Below, piece by piece: positions 10,421 through 22,600 of a stretch of DNA of 64,000 nt; the stretch's first letter is position 1, and every line of letters starts with the position of its first letter. Where the stretch lies: assembly GCA_013265495.1 (NCBI GenBank), contig MU058636.1:1240001-1304000 (forward strand). Direction: 5' to 3'. Below the pieces are notes generated by a model. It was not told the origin of the DNA and ran no database searches. It worked only from the letters and a program-made list of their open reading frames with translations. The DNA is from Vicugna vicugna. Its lineage: Eukaryota. The position numbers were made by a program, and so were the translations under genes.

Positions 10421-13400
10421 AGCCCCTCGTGACTGTAGGAAGCACGATTCCAGTGTCCAGGTCAGTAATGCTTTTCCCCAAAATTCCACCCATAGAAAAT
10501 CCGAGCTGGGAAGACCGTGCCTCCAGAGACAGATGACGTGAGGCAAACTGTTGTGTTCAAAAGACTCCACTCATTTCTTAACCGCCGTCTAATTTTCTAG
10601 AACAGCATACCAGAGGCTAATTTTGAGCTGAATTACATTTGTATTTTTAATCAAGGGGCCAACGTTATTGACGACGTAATAACCCGTCCTCTCTGTTTAC
10701 TTTAATCCTTGAGCAAACAATAACTTCCCCCATGAAACTCACTCTGACCTTGAATCTGGGGACTCATGGCAGTGCCTGAGCCTGGAGACGCCCGGAACAG
10801 TGGCATTAGGTGCATAAAACATCAAAAAGGAGAGCCTCTCAGCTGCGGAAGGAGCTCTGAGGTGGAAAGATCTGCAGTTACGGCCAGAAGCGCCTGTGCG
10901 CGTGGGGAGAGGCCTCCTGCGCTCTCCGCCCCCAGGCTGACTGACGGCCCTGGGGCTGAGTCCACAGAGGACGGGCGCACGGGCTCCCGCCTCCCTAAGC
11001 ACTGCTGGGAAACCAAAGCGCTGGGCTGAGTTATCCAGACGCGGGTCTGCAGGGAACTCTGCTCACTTCCCACGCTGCTCTCAAAGGGAAAGTCCTTTTA
11101 TAAACCGGAGAATCAGGCTTCAGCGTCAGTGCCCGTGGCACACACCGTGTCTTGGGACGCTGTCGTCCACGGTGCAGGCGCGGGAAGAACACTCCTAGCC
11201 ACACAGGCAGGTGGTCTGTTCAGACGGCTTCCTTAGCGTCCCAAGTTTGTGACGGTTTTCCATTTTTGTGCTCTCGAACCTCCGACCCCCAGCCTTTCCC
11301 CTGAGACGCTCTTCCGTGGGAACAACGGGTCCATCTGATGTTTCGTACAGAGCCTCCGTGGGAGGCTCGTAAATATTGAGTCAACGACGGAGGTGGGGGC
11401 AGAGGTGGCGTGTCCCTGGGACTCTGCTGTGGGCCTGGCTGGCATGGTTGTGTTCTGTAAATGTCACAGCTCAAAGTGAGGACTCCCAGCTCCAGAGAGC
11501 GCGTAGCCAGCAAGCAGTGCAACCATCCTGCAAATGGGCCTGTCTTCCTTCGACCTTCATGCCCTCTTCGCTGTACCACTGACCCCTCCTCTGTCCAGAA
11601 TGGTGGGCTCAGCCTCTGCCCACCTGTCCTCCTCCCTGTGGAAGGTCTTGGGCTTGGCCACTGGAAAGTTAGCTTAATACATTCAGTAAAGGCCTGTTCT
11701 GCCTCCAGGTCCCTGAGCCTAGGCTCCCAGCCCGCGCAGAGGCTGAAATCTGGGGCCAGGTTAACCTCCTGCAAGCCCACCACAAGGGCCAGGGAGATGC
11801 AAGGATGCGACAGCGCAATCCGGCCGAGGAATCAGTGGGGCTTCGTGAAGTGGGTGGTGTGTCACGCAGGCCTTGAAGCAGGCAAGGTGGGGAGTGACGG
11901 CAGAGGACTCAGCCTGCTCGAAGGCCAGACCCGGGTTCTCCTGGGTGCAAGTCCCAGCTTCGCCGCTTGGTCAGCAGCATGACTTCCCTGCCCAGCAACC
12001 TCACGCAGATGCTCTTCCTCCGTGTCTCACATCGTCTTACTTACGCTCCTGTCTCGGCTGTCAACACTTGGGATCAGTGCAGTTAATTATTGATCTGTCT
12101 CCTTCACCGAAGTGCACAAAGTCTCGCTCAACTTTGTGTTCGTGGAAGATAGCACGTGGTGGGCACTCAGTATTATAAGCAGAGTCAACAGATCACTGCG
12201 AGCGTGGGCTGAGCCCCTGCCCTTCTCCGGACCCTCCTAGCACGACCAGTCAGGCAGCATCCACAGCGATGTCTGTCTCACAGAGGAGGACCTGAGCCAG
12301 GCCCAGGTCTACGCTCAGCTCCGCACGGAGGCGGCCGCGGTGCGCACTAAACCACGCTAGGTCCCGCCTCCAACACGCCTTCTGAACCCAAAGAGTGATT
12401 TATTCGCAATTCGTCTTTCCTTTTAAAATATAATCTTATTTTCCACACTGTAAGCTCCAGGAGAACAGACATTTTGTCTCAGCTGTCTTTCCATCCCCTG
12501 CAACAGCCGATGGGATGTTTTGCGCTTAATACCTGTTCAATCAACACCTGAGAAATCAGCGCTGGGCTTCTGCTGAAGTTTCTCGACAACACTGTAGAGG
12601 GACCGTCGCCCTGGACTATACCAGGCGTGTCTTACACGTGTCTCAATCCAGTTTCACTCCTACAAGATAGTATGACTTTGCCATTTTGTAAGTGAGGAAC
12701 GTGGGCTTAGGGGCTATGGGACTGGCTCCAGGTCTGGGGACAGTGAAGGGCTGGCTCGCTACCTACTCATTGTGTCTCGTTAGCATGGCAGGCAGAGGAG
12801 GAGGCAATGAACGTTGCAGCCACCAAGTCAGCACCAGGTCAGATCTAGGTTGGTCCTGGAAAGACACCAAGATGTCTCTGACCAGAGAGATTCCCTGGAG
12901 AGGTGGGCAGCAACTCTGACGCCCGTGAACCGTCACACACCAGGCGGGGCTGAAGGTGCCCTGCAGCCCGCCTCCGTCCCATGGGACTGCAGCACCTGCT
13001 CCCAACAGGGCAGCACCCAGCTTCTGGGACAGGTCCATCCAATTTTTGCACTGGGCTTCAATCTGCCTAGCAGTAAACTCACTTCACTTCTCCTGAAAAA
13101 TTTTCAAGTTGCCCATCAACTGCATTTTTCCCCCTTGTCCTAAAGCCTCCCCAGGGTCCTTAAATGTTATCATCTTTCCATAGAAGAAAGGAAAATTTTT
13201 ATGCCAGAGCAAATGATAGATCCAATTCATTTCCAGTAAAAACTTCCAAAAGACATTCAACATTATTCAACATGAGGCTGTTGAGCTTATCAGTCTGTCC
13301 TCAGTTATTAAATGCGTCAAAATCAATGCAGACTTTGAAACAGTCTGGGAGTTCACGAAAAACAGAGTAATTATTTCAGAAGGACAAGAACCATTTCAGC

Positions 13401-15224
13401 TTTGTACCTAATCTGAAATTCTAATAATAAAGCTTTGCCCTGGCGGCACATGGGACAGAAGCTAACAGGTAGATCCGAGCACGTGAATTCCAGTGATTCC
13501 CTGGCCATCACGGCTTGACCTCCCCAAACTGCCAGGCAACGTGCGAGTTTATTAAAAGCAGATGCTTGTAAAGAAACCGTGGAACAGCCATCCCGTGAAG
13601 TACGTGATCTACCCCCAAGCCTGGTCTCCTCCTGGGTCCTCAGCAGGCTTCTATCTTCCTAGCCGTGCCTTCCTCTCACCCCTACCAGCCAGCCCGTGGC
13701 CAAATCCTGCCCCCACCCAGAGCTTCATCGCCCACTCCGTTCCCTCCAAACCCTTCTCTACACCTCAGGCTGGGATTTCCTTCCAAATGCACGAATCTTT
13801 CCACCTTCGCCTGCCTGCTTCGGTGTAGGATCATAAACCTTCTCTCAGTTTGTAACTTTGCATTCAGCAAATCAATGTAATTTGAAACCAGTTCTAATCC
13901 ATAGCGTAAGATACAGTAAAATAGTCCATATGATGCACGTAACTCCAGACACCACGTTGCCCGTTTTCTGTGTTCACAACAAAAATTTTTTTTAAATATA
14001 TCTGTTGGGCAGAGCACAACCCCCGAGACAGCTTTTAGGATGATAAATACACGTGATGCTGGGAAGGTAGGTAAGACGCTTATCTGAAGTGATGTTTTCT
14101 GAAGCTTCCCACCCAACCGTCTAAACCACTGACAGGCAGTTGTGTACATCTACTTTCTTCATCATTCTATCATTTTTTTTCCCTTAAAATAAGTGCAACA
14201 CTCTGGCAGGTTATTAAAAACTAGCCAGCTAAAGTCCAGCCAAGAAAACATTCATTTTTGCTTCCTAAAACAAACACCATTTGGAAAATGGTTTCTTCCT
14301 GACGGGAAAAAGCTACCATCAAACAAAAGTTTCTGTAAATAGGTTACAAACACACCAGTCATTGCACCTACCATCCCAGCACGTGCACAGACAGTATGGC
14401 ACGATCGCCCAAGGTGGACAGTCACCCCTCTGTCACTTTTTAGTGTCTTCTGTCAAGTGGGCCACAACGCAGGGGTTCCTAAATCTACAGAACCTGCGTG
14501 TTCATCAGAGAGGACCTGACAAGGCGGAGTGACCTTTTTCAGGCAGGGCAGATTCACCCAAGGCGTCCTGCCTGCTCAAACGGCAGGCAACATAAACTCA
14601 GCTTCCGCCACGCAAAACCTTGAGACCAGTGTGTTTTGTTCAACCCACCTCCCTCTTTTCAAGTCAGGGACAGGTGAGAGGACGGTTCCCATCCTAATGA
14701 CCAGTGCCATTTAAATTTTTCCTGTAGTAAATGGTGGCGCTCCATGTCCAACTATTTTAAAAGACAGAGGGCAGTGGGACGTGGACTATATATAAGCCCT
14801 GACCTGGAAGATACGGCTTCCACTTGCCCTCTGTCCCTGCCACCTCATCTAAGAAGCTGAAGTTTCTCCAGCACCACCCCAGAGCCGGTCTAGACACCCC
14901 ACCTGCCAATGGTCTAGTGCATCAGCTGGACCCTTCCTTTCTCAGCTCCTCACTGCCCAGCAATCAGAAAGCTCCGCCCCGCCCGCACCGCGGCCTCTGC
15001 CCTCTCATTGCACGCCAGCTCACCCTAGAAGCAAAGCATCCTCCAGGTGGCAACCTTTCCAACGCTGTATGTAAAGACCAGTGTTCCAACCCCTCTTAAG
15101 CTTCCGGCGACCATCCCTCAGGTAATTTGTTTTTTTGACAACACTCCTAGCAGGTCAACTCCACAATGGCAGCAACCTTATAGAAGAAATATGACACGGA
15201 TCTTCAGACGAGTTACGGGGACAG

Positions 15225-15375
15225 GTCCAAACCTGGATGGCAAGAATCATCTGGGAGCCTTTGAGAACTAGATTCCTCACCTCCTGTGAGTCAAAACCTT
15301 CGGGGATGTATCTCAGGAATCTGAACATTTGTTAAATTCCCCCAGTGAGTCTGCAAATTATCTAGATTTGGAAGT
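15225..15375. mobile_element. MER5-like DNA transposon
   Basis: AGAATCATCTGGGAGC...CAGGAATCTGAACATTTGTTAAATTCCCCAGTGAGTCTG. Confidence 0.55.
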
Positions 15376-15424
15376 GATTTATCAGGATAATGGTAGTTTT
15401 TCTTGATCATAAGAGTTTTTCTTA

Positions 15425-15500
15425 CAAATGTATGTATGTTATGTATGACTGGACATTGTGCTCAGAAATTGATACACTGTGACTGTACTTCAATTGTAAA
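15425..15500 (+). mobile_element. Very short 5'-truncated camelid-type L1 3' end
   Basis: GTATGACTGGACATTGTGCT..AGAAATTGATACACTGTGACTGTACTTCAAT; TSD AAGAGTTTT(T/G)CTTA at 15411-15424 and 15501-15514. Confidence 0.7.
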
Positions 15501-16517
15501 AAGAGTTTTGCTTATTTGAAAATAATTGGGAGGTATGGAGTTTGCATTAAGTCCTACATCAGTTTAACTATGGGGCGAAGCACTGACAGCAGGCAAGGAG
15601 ATTTAAGAAATGAACCCATTTTTAGGGCGACTGTAGTAAGTGACACATGACACAGACTAGTGCAGGCTTGTTTTCTCAGGAGTCAGGGCTCCACAGCACT
15701 CACTTGAGGGAGAATTCCTGAGCGTAATCTAGGAACTTTCCAGAGGGAAACACAGGGTAAGGGCGTGGCCATGAGATCAGACCTGATGGACGCCTGGACC
15801 GCCTGCTTTCCAGCTGAGCGACTTCGGGAAAGATCGCTGACCCTCTGAAGAGCCTGTTTCCTCTCTTGTCAAATGAGGACATCAGACTTCAGGGACACGC
15901 TGTCTTCAAGGTGAACATCTTTAAAAAATGTGGAATGCTGGGCACAGGGCCTATCACACTCAAGTCAGAAAACAGAACGCAGTCCTCGGCTCCCACGACA
16001 GTCTGGCCCCCCCATTTCTGCGTTTACTCCGAGACACCCCTTTAGACACGTGAACAAACGAGAGTGCTTCCCGGCCAGGGTTCCCAAGAACGGTGAAGGT
16101 TAAAGAAATGGTGACTGAGTCCCTCAACAATGAGGCGCCCTTCAGGTTCTGAAGTTCATGAGCCGACTTTACAGGAGGAATTGCTGCCTGGAAGGGAAGA
16201 GGGGCACCAGGGACAGTGACTTTTAAGGTATTTTGTCCTCTAAGAGTCCGTAACTCTAAATCTTTAAATTTGGGATTTTCGGAAAGGCAGTGCTACTACA
16301 CAAAGAAAATTAAACGCAAGGTACGTGCTGATTAAACACAGGCACATATGGAATGCTGTTCTACACACATAAGATGTGTTCTGGGAAAATCTCTTTGGAG
16401 AAGAAAAATGAGCAAAAGCAGTAAGACAATTTCCAAAGTATATACTTCTATTTCGCAAATGTATTTTAGGAAAAAAGGAAAAAACACACAAAACCCCACA
16501 AGCACAAATAAACCAAC

Positions 16518-16523
16518 TTTAAT
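16518..16523 (-). terminator. Distal polyadenylation signal ATTAAA
   Basis: tttaat on + strand, with a strong downstream GU-rich element at about 16470-16515. Confidence 0.65.
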
Positions 16524-16529
16524 AGATAT

Positions 16530-16745
16530 TATTTTGTATTTATATAGCGCCTTCTTCAAGAACCTTAGATGCTTTACAGACATTATATCTAATTAATCCC
16601 CACAACAACCCTGTGAGGTAGGTGTTACTCCCATTTTACAAGATAGGGAGACTGAAACACAGAGAGGTTAAGTGACTTGCCCAAGGTCACACAGTTAAAT
16701 TCACTGAAGAGCCAGGACCTGAGCGCTTTAGCCTCCCAGCTCCCA
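16530..16745 (-). mobile_element. Ancient MIR/CORE-SINE (MIR1_Amn-like) in the USP12 3' UTR, sense to the mRNA
   Basis: + strand shows the reverse MIR core: AATCCCCACAACAACCCTGTGAGGTAGG...CCCATTTTACAAGATAGGGAGACTGAAACACAGAGAGGTTAAGTGACTTGCCCAAGGTCACACAG. Subfamily assignment is from memory. Confidence 0.85.
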
Positions 16746-17033
16746 GGTAAATACCTCATGAGAGAATCTTTAATGAAAAGTATCTTTAAAGAAAGTATCA
16801 AGAGTAGTATGTTATGAAAGTGAGGTCTTCCTACTGCCATCAAGGAAAGAAAACACCCTACACTGATGGTTAGAGGCAACAAGACCCATATATTACACAC
16901 CCCCTTCCCTTTGCCTAAAGTCTCACGGCTCCTGTCTTGAGCAATCTCAAGTTTCCAAGACAGAAGCTGTGTGACTTAGAAGCGAGACTTAATTTAGAAT
17001 ATTTACTTTCAGTTATGATAATTTATAGAAATT

Positions 17034-17039
17034 TTTATT
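17034..17039 (-). terminator. Candidate alternative polyadenylation signal AATAAA
   Basis: Minus strand reads TTTTGTATATTGGAATAAAAATTTC, i.e. a UGUA (CFIm-type) element just upstream of AAUAAA. Confidence 0.5.
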
Positions 17040-19426
17040 CCAATATACAAAATATGGGACAGCCATCCCAACAAACATGTACACCGCTAGACAGCACTCA
17101 GCCACCATGCACAACGAGACCCGCCCCTCCTTCCCGGCACAGTCAACCTCCACACAGCCTCGCGGCGCGCTCTCTGTGGGCCACTTGCCTTCCTTACTGT
17201 ATCTACATCCCCCCCCCAACCCTAACCCTATACATTTTTAAAGTATACTGAGTTTCTGATAAACTTCAAAACATTTTACGTAGATGCAGCTGCACCAAGA
17301 GTAAGAAGTAAATTGGGAACCATCACCCCAGAGTCCCTCCCCTGACAGGTCAGACTGTTAAACAAGGTGTAGATGTGAACAGTGTGCGACTACCATGGAA
17401 CTCAGTAAAAATGCTATAACTTGCTTTAATAGGAAATTTAACCTTGGATTTTACTTTACTGTATATATATTTTTAATGTGAAATGTAAAAACAAACAGCA
17501 CAGTATCCCAATGCTGTACCTTTATGCAAATGACTTCATCTATCTTTCTCACACGTGCTGCAGCCCCAGTGCAAGTGAAAACTGGTTCAGCTTCCCGTAC
17601 GCCTCACCTCTGTACTGAAACAAAGCTTCCAATTCCAAGGCAATTTTAAGCCCTCAAAATAAAAAAATGCATCCATCTCTGCAGCTATGACCTTGCCCAC
17701 ACTCTTGGCTGTGATTCTGTGTGTAATGTTGGTAGATCTGGTGGGCCACGTGGTTTGTACAAAACCAGTCCAGCCAGGGTAAGGCTTTAGAAACTGTATC
17801 TTAAAAAGCAATCTGTCAAAATACATCATATTTTTCTCCCGGCACATCTGTTTAGACAGCCCAATTAGCTAAGTGACCCTGTTGAAGATCTATTCACGGA
17901 ACGAATAGGTGAAGTCATTTCCTGAGCTAAAAGATACAGATAATAAATGTTAATAATAGCAGCAGACAAAACATTCTTTTTTGTTGTTTGTTTCTGAGAT
18001 TCAACAGTATTAGTAAAATAAGTTTAGAAAATTACAGCAATTTGAAAAAAAGATTACTGCCTGAAAAGACTTGGATAAAGAACATCGAAGACCTGACTGC
18101 TATTCTTTTGACGATATATTCAATTATTTTCTGCAAGTTACATTCGGCCACTGTCAGGCAACTTACTGATGCATGGAAACAGTCAACTGCAATGGTTGAC
18201 AGACATTTTACATCACGTATATTACTTCCTCAAACCCCAGCAGAATGAAGCCTTTGCAAACATAAAGTTGAACTTCTGAGCACCCTTCCGGTAAGATTTG
18301 TAAAGGTGGGAGGGAGAACAAGGACCTGCTTTCACAGTCCTCCTGGTCAGCCTCGTCAGAATGTCCTCCTCACGGGGTCTGCTAGCTCCGCCGGCGCTGG
18401 GGTTAGGAGGGCTCACTGCCTTCCAGGGTGGAGAACACGCAGAAACAACCTACCTGCTCTGACAGCGATTTTCAAGACGTGGCCTCAACCTGAAAGAGTA
18501 TTTAAGAACCCTCAAGGCCCGCCCGCCAGCACCGCGCCAGGGCTCCTCTGATCGCTCCCACGGCTACAGGGGATTTCTGATAGTTGTTTATTTTACTGAA
18601 ATTAAAGCAGAATAAAATGACTGACTGACAACTAGGACAAATATTTAGCCAGAGATATCAGTTCCTCCTGAAAAAGAATATTTACCTCCTCTCACTGCAA
18701 GTTTTCTTAAAGTAACTTACAATTTAAAATATCGAGTTTAAAATTCACCTTAAAAATAGAAACAAACAAAAGGATTAGTTAAACTGACAAAAACTAATAA
18801 AAATATGCTCAAACTTACTGACAGAATCATGGGCACTTCATACAATACTTAGACTCTACCAGTTTTAAGTAAAATAAATAAGGAAAAAAATTGTAATTAC
18901 AAAGCCAGTCTTTCCCCTTGGGGAAACAAAAAGCCACTCTTGACCAATTGTTCCCTAGATACACATACACTGTATATTATTATAAGCTTCTTCAGAGAAG
19001 CAAACGTATTTGTCTTCCTGACACTGGATTCTAATACCTGTTAGCTTCTTTACATCAGGAAGGGCAACTGCAAGTGTTGGGCCCAAAAGTGTTTGTGGTT
19101 TACGCTTGAAAAGACCACCTGATACTCCTCCTCTCCGTGTTGAACCCAGGCAAACGTGTGCCGTGTGTTCAGTGTCACCTCCCGCAATCATCCGTTCAAC
19201 CTCGCACAGACTCCTGCTCTTTCCGCTGCACCCCAAGGAGTTCAATCAGTATTGGTGCAATTAATGAAGAGAAAATGCATGTCAATTACTGGAAGGCTGT
19301 TTTACAAGAGGAGCTGGTATCTCTGATTTCGCTTCCTTGTTGCATGGAAGTGCGCAGACAGCACGATACCTGAGCAAATCAATCAACTACCGTGATAGGA
19401 AGAGCCTGCCAAGCCACAGCCTTTGC

Positions 19427-19432
19427 TTTATT
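19427..19432 (-). terminator. Candidate very proximal polyadenylation signal AATAAA
   Basis: About 130 nt after the stop codon; hexamer only, with modest downstream GU content. Confidence 0.3.
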
Positions 19433-19560
19433 GTGTGCAAAGTGTGCCACTGCCCCCTGAGCTTCCTGCATTTCTCTTTGCGTGAAAAATCAGTGCTTGA
19501 TCCTTTCCCAAACAACCAGAGAAGAAATGAGGCAGAAAGTCTCTCTCCGTCACGGTTCCC

Positions 19561-19662
19561 TCAGTCCCGGGACTGGTAGAAAAGGATGTAGCCAGACTCA
19601 GAGTTCTTTGAGATATCTGAGGTCAACCCGTAGAATTCTTCAATAGCTTGTGCATCTATTTT
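19561..19662 (-). CDS. USP12: USP12 last exon, coding part ([36 protein letters not shown] stop)
   Basis: Acceptor CTCGCAG|; stop TGA is tca at 19561-19563 on the + strand. Confidence 0.96.
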   Translation of the reverse strand, partial: KIDAQAIEEFYGLTSDISKNSESGYILFYQSRD

Positions 19663-22600
19663 CTGCGAGGGAAAACACACACATTAGTACAAAAATGACC
19701 TCTATGAACTGCTGAAATCCAGTAAAATCTTCGACATTTCTTAAAATAATGCCTTTCATTTTCTCATTTATAAAACAGCTCTGTACAACCAGAATGGCTA
19801 AAAGATGGCTGATTCCCAGTGCTGGCGAGAACACAGAACGAATGGAACTTCTGCATACAGCCGGCAGGGATGTCAAACAGCACTGACACTGCGGAAAACG
19901 TTTAGCGTGATTTTCAAAAGCTGAACATTCAGTTACCCTCTGATCCAGTGATTCTACTCCTAGATATAGGCTGAATTATAGGAAACTACTAATTGCCAAC
20001 CATTTGGAACCTACAAAAATGGCAATTTCATATGGTCCAATCTAATATATACCCCCAAAATGAGTGCGTATATCCAGCAAAAGACTCACACGAGGATAAT
20101 TGAGGTAGTTTTACTTGTAATAGTCAATAATAGACAGAAAGCCAAATTTCTAACTTGGTACATTTGTACCATTAAATTACAAAATTACAAAGCAGTAAGA
20201 AAGAACCACTACTGCAGGCAATAAGAGTAAGAACTGCATTGACATTATGATGAGTGTAAAAAGCTAGACACAAAAGCAGTCGCACTGGATGAGTCCACTT
20301 ATATTCAACACAGGCAAAATGAATCATAATAATAAAACTCAAAATAGTGGCTCCCAGCGGGTGGTGGGGAAGGCACGAAAATGGTGAGTATGGACCAGCA
20401 AGAGGAAAAGGGGAGCTTTTTGCTGGGGTGTTGAAAACGTACTACATCTTTTTTTTTTTTTTTTTGGGGGGGGGGGATAAATTGGGGTTTTTTTTTTTTA
20501 GGGGNNNNNNNNNNNNNNNNNNNNNNNNNNNNNNNNNNNNNNNNNNNNNNNNNNNNNNNNNNNNNNNNNNNNNNNNNNNNNNNNNNNNNNNNNNNNNNNN
20601 NNNNNNNNNNNNNNNNNNNNNNNNNNNNNNNNNNNNNNNNNNNNNNNNNNNNNNNNNNNNNNNNNNNNNNNNNNNNTTTTTTTTTTTTTTTTTGGTGGGG
20701 GGAGGTAAATTCGGGTTATTTATTCTTAGAGGAGGTACTGGGGGTTGAACCCAGGACCTCATGCATGATAAGCATGCTCTCTGCTACTTGAGCTCTACCC
20801 TCACCCTAAAACGTCCTACGTCTTGATCTGGACGGTGGCTACGTGTGTGTGTATACACACGTGTGCATCCACATGTAAAATTTCAAGTTGTTGCTTAAGA
20901 TTTGCATACTTTACTGTGTCTTACAGCTCAATAAATTATTTTTAATAATGATTTTTTTTAACTAGCTCTGTTGTTGAAAGATTTCCCTTCTTTTACTCTA
21001 AATGTTTTCAAAGACAGCTGACCATTCCAGCACTGGGACTGGAAGTAAGAAGTAAGAATCATACCACAGTCTGAAGACCCAGACACCTGTCTAACTTTTA
21101 TCACCTGTCCTGTGCAAGTGAGAAGCTGGTAGAAAAAAGTGAAGAGCAAAATACACGCACAACTTCCAAGAAAAATAAGAAATCAGAAAGCTACTTACTT
21201 CTACAATGTCGTCATCAAACAATAACCAAAAGTCATGACTCTTAACTATTGCAATATAATGGCCTCGATTGGGACCACTGAAACAAAGAGAAAGAAAAGC
21301 TCATTTCACACAATGTTTACCAATATTTCTCTTCTATGCCCTAAATTTCATGTTCCATAAAGGAGAAAAACTCAAGCAGATAAAAATACTCCTTTTCTGG
21401 TCTTTCCCCCAAAAGATCAAGTTACACGGATGTGAACTGGCGTTCAATTTTAACCACCAAGCAACTGGTTCTCACTTTGAGGGCTACAGCCAGTATTCTA
21501 TCTATACAGAGCTACACTATTAACATTCTTTGCTGCCTTTTAAAATTATTACTTTTTGAAGTAATTTTCACATTTGCTTTTATGAAAATTTAAATAAAAA
21601 TTTCTAGCGTTTTGTGAGCAGAGCATGCTGAATTAAACTACAAAACAAGGCAGGTAGAACTATTTCTGAGTCTTATTCCCTTGGCAATAGTTTTCCTCTT
21701 AAGGAAGGATCCCATGTGATGCTTGAAAAAGCAAAGATATCGAATCCATGCTTCTGAAATCAAGCTTGAACTTCATAAACTTCTTTAAACAAATGACTTT
21801 TTTAGTATTATTAGTGCTATACTTAAGTATTTAACCCTTAACCCCATTATAATTATTATAATAGCCTCTGAATCTCATTTTAAACAAATATGGAATACAG
21901 AAATACAGAAATGTGTAAAAATAAAGGTGGAATTATTTCTCTTACAAGAAATTCTTTATAAAGAACATGTCAAAGATTGTAATCTCTCCCAGTTTAAGTA
22001 TGACTCGTTATAAAAGCTGATACATTATTTTTATTAAGTTATAATTCTATCACAATTTTATTATAGAATTTGAAATAATTTTCAACAAGTTATTCTTTAT
22101 GATGAATACTATTTTAAAAGTAGCAACCTCAGGTACTAGAATAAGCCACCTCCAAGTTTCGTACGTTTCCGATCTTTGACCCTGTAGTTGAGTATCTGAG
22201 GCGACAAAATGACACAAACAAGAGCACTTTTTCACTATAGAGGAAAATACCTCAAAACTTAAAAAACAGAAAAAACAAAGCTTTTAAGCTAACATAAACC
22301 TCTGGTCTGATCACTGCACCAAGGTTCTGCAAGTTATCTGATACTGTTTTCCTCTGCTCAGATGTCATCACTCTTAGTTTAGAAACTGAATGCTCCAAAA
22401 ATGGGAAAGAAAGGTTATTACTGATGGCAAGAGCCAGGAGCCAGGCTGACACGGACCACGGAGGTGACAGACTAGGCCAGGAACCGACTCCCTAAGTGCT
22501 GTGCTGAGCAGAAAGCTGGGGGGCAGCAACTGAGAGGCTGGGGTGTTTTCCGTTGGAGAAAACAAGCTGCTAGTACAAGTTCCCCCAAACCCAGGGGAAA

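Larger units (their letters stand above)
16500..19560 (-). other. USP12: USP12 3' UTR (~3 kb; distal end approximate)
   Basis: Follows the stop codon and is poor in young repeats. It ends at ATTAAA (16518-16523) followed on the minus strand by a GU/U-rich tract (GGTTTATTTGTGCTTGTGGGGTTTTGTGTGTTTTTTCC). Confidence 0.7.
19750..20940 (+). mobile_element. Old L1 (L1ME-like) 3' region in intron 8, interrupted by a SINE
   Basis: TTACCCTCTGATCCAGTGATTCTACTCCTAGATATA and a terminal TTTGCATACTTTACTGTGTCTTACAGCTCAATAAA. Confidence 0.65.
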
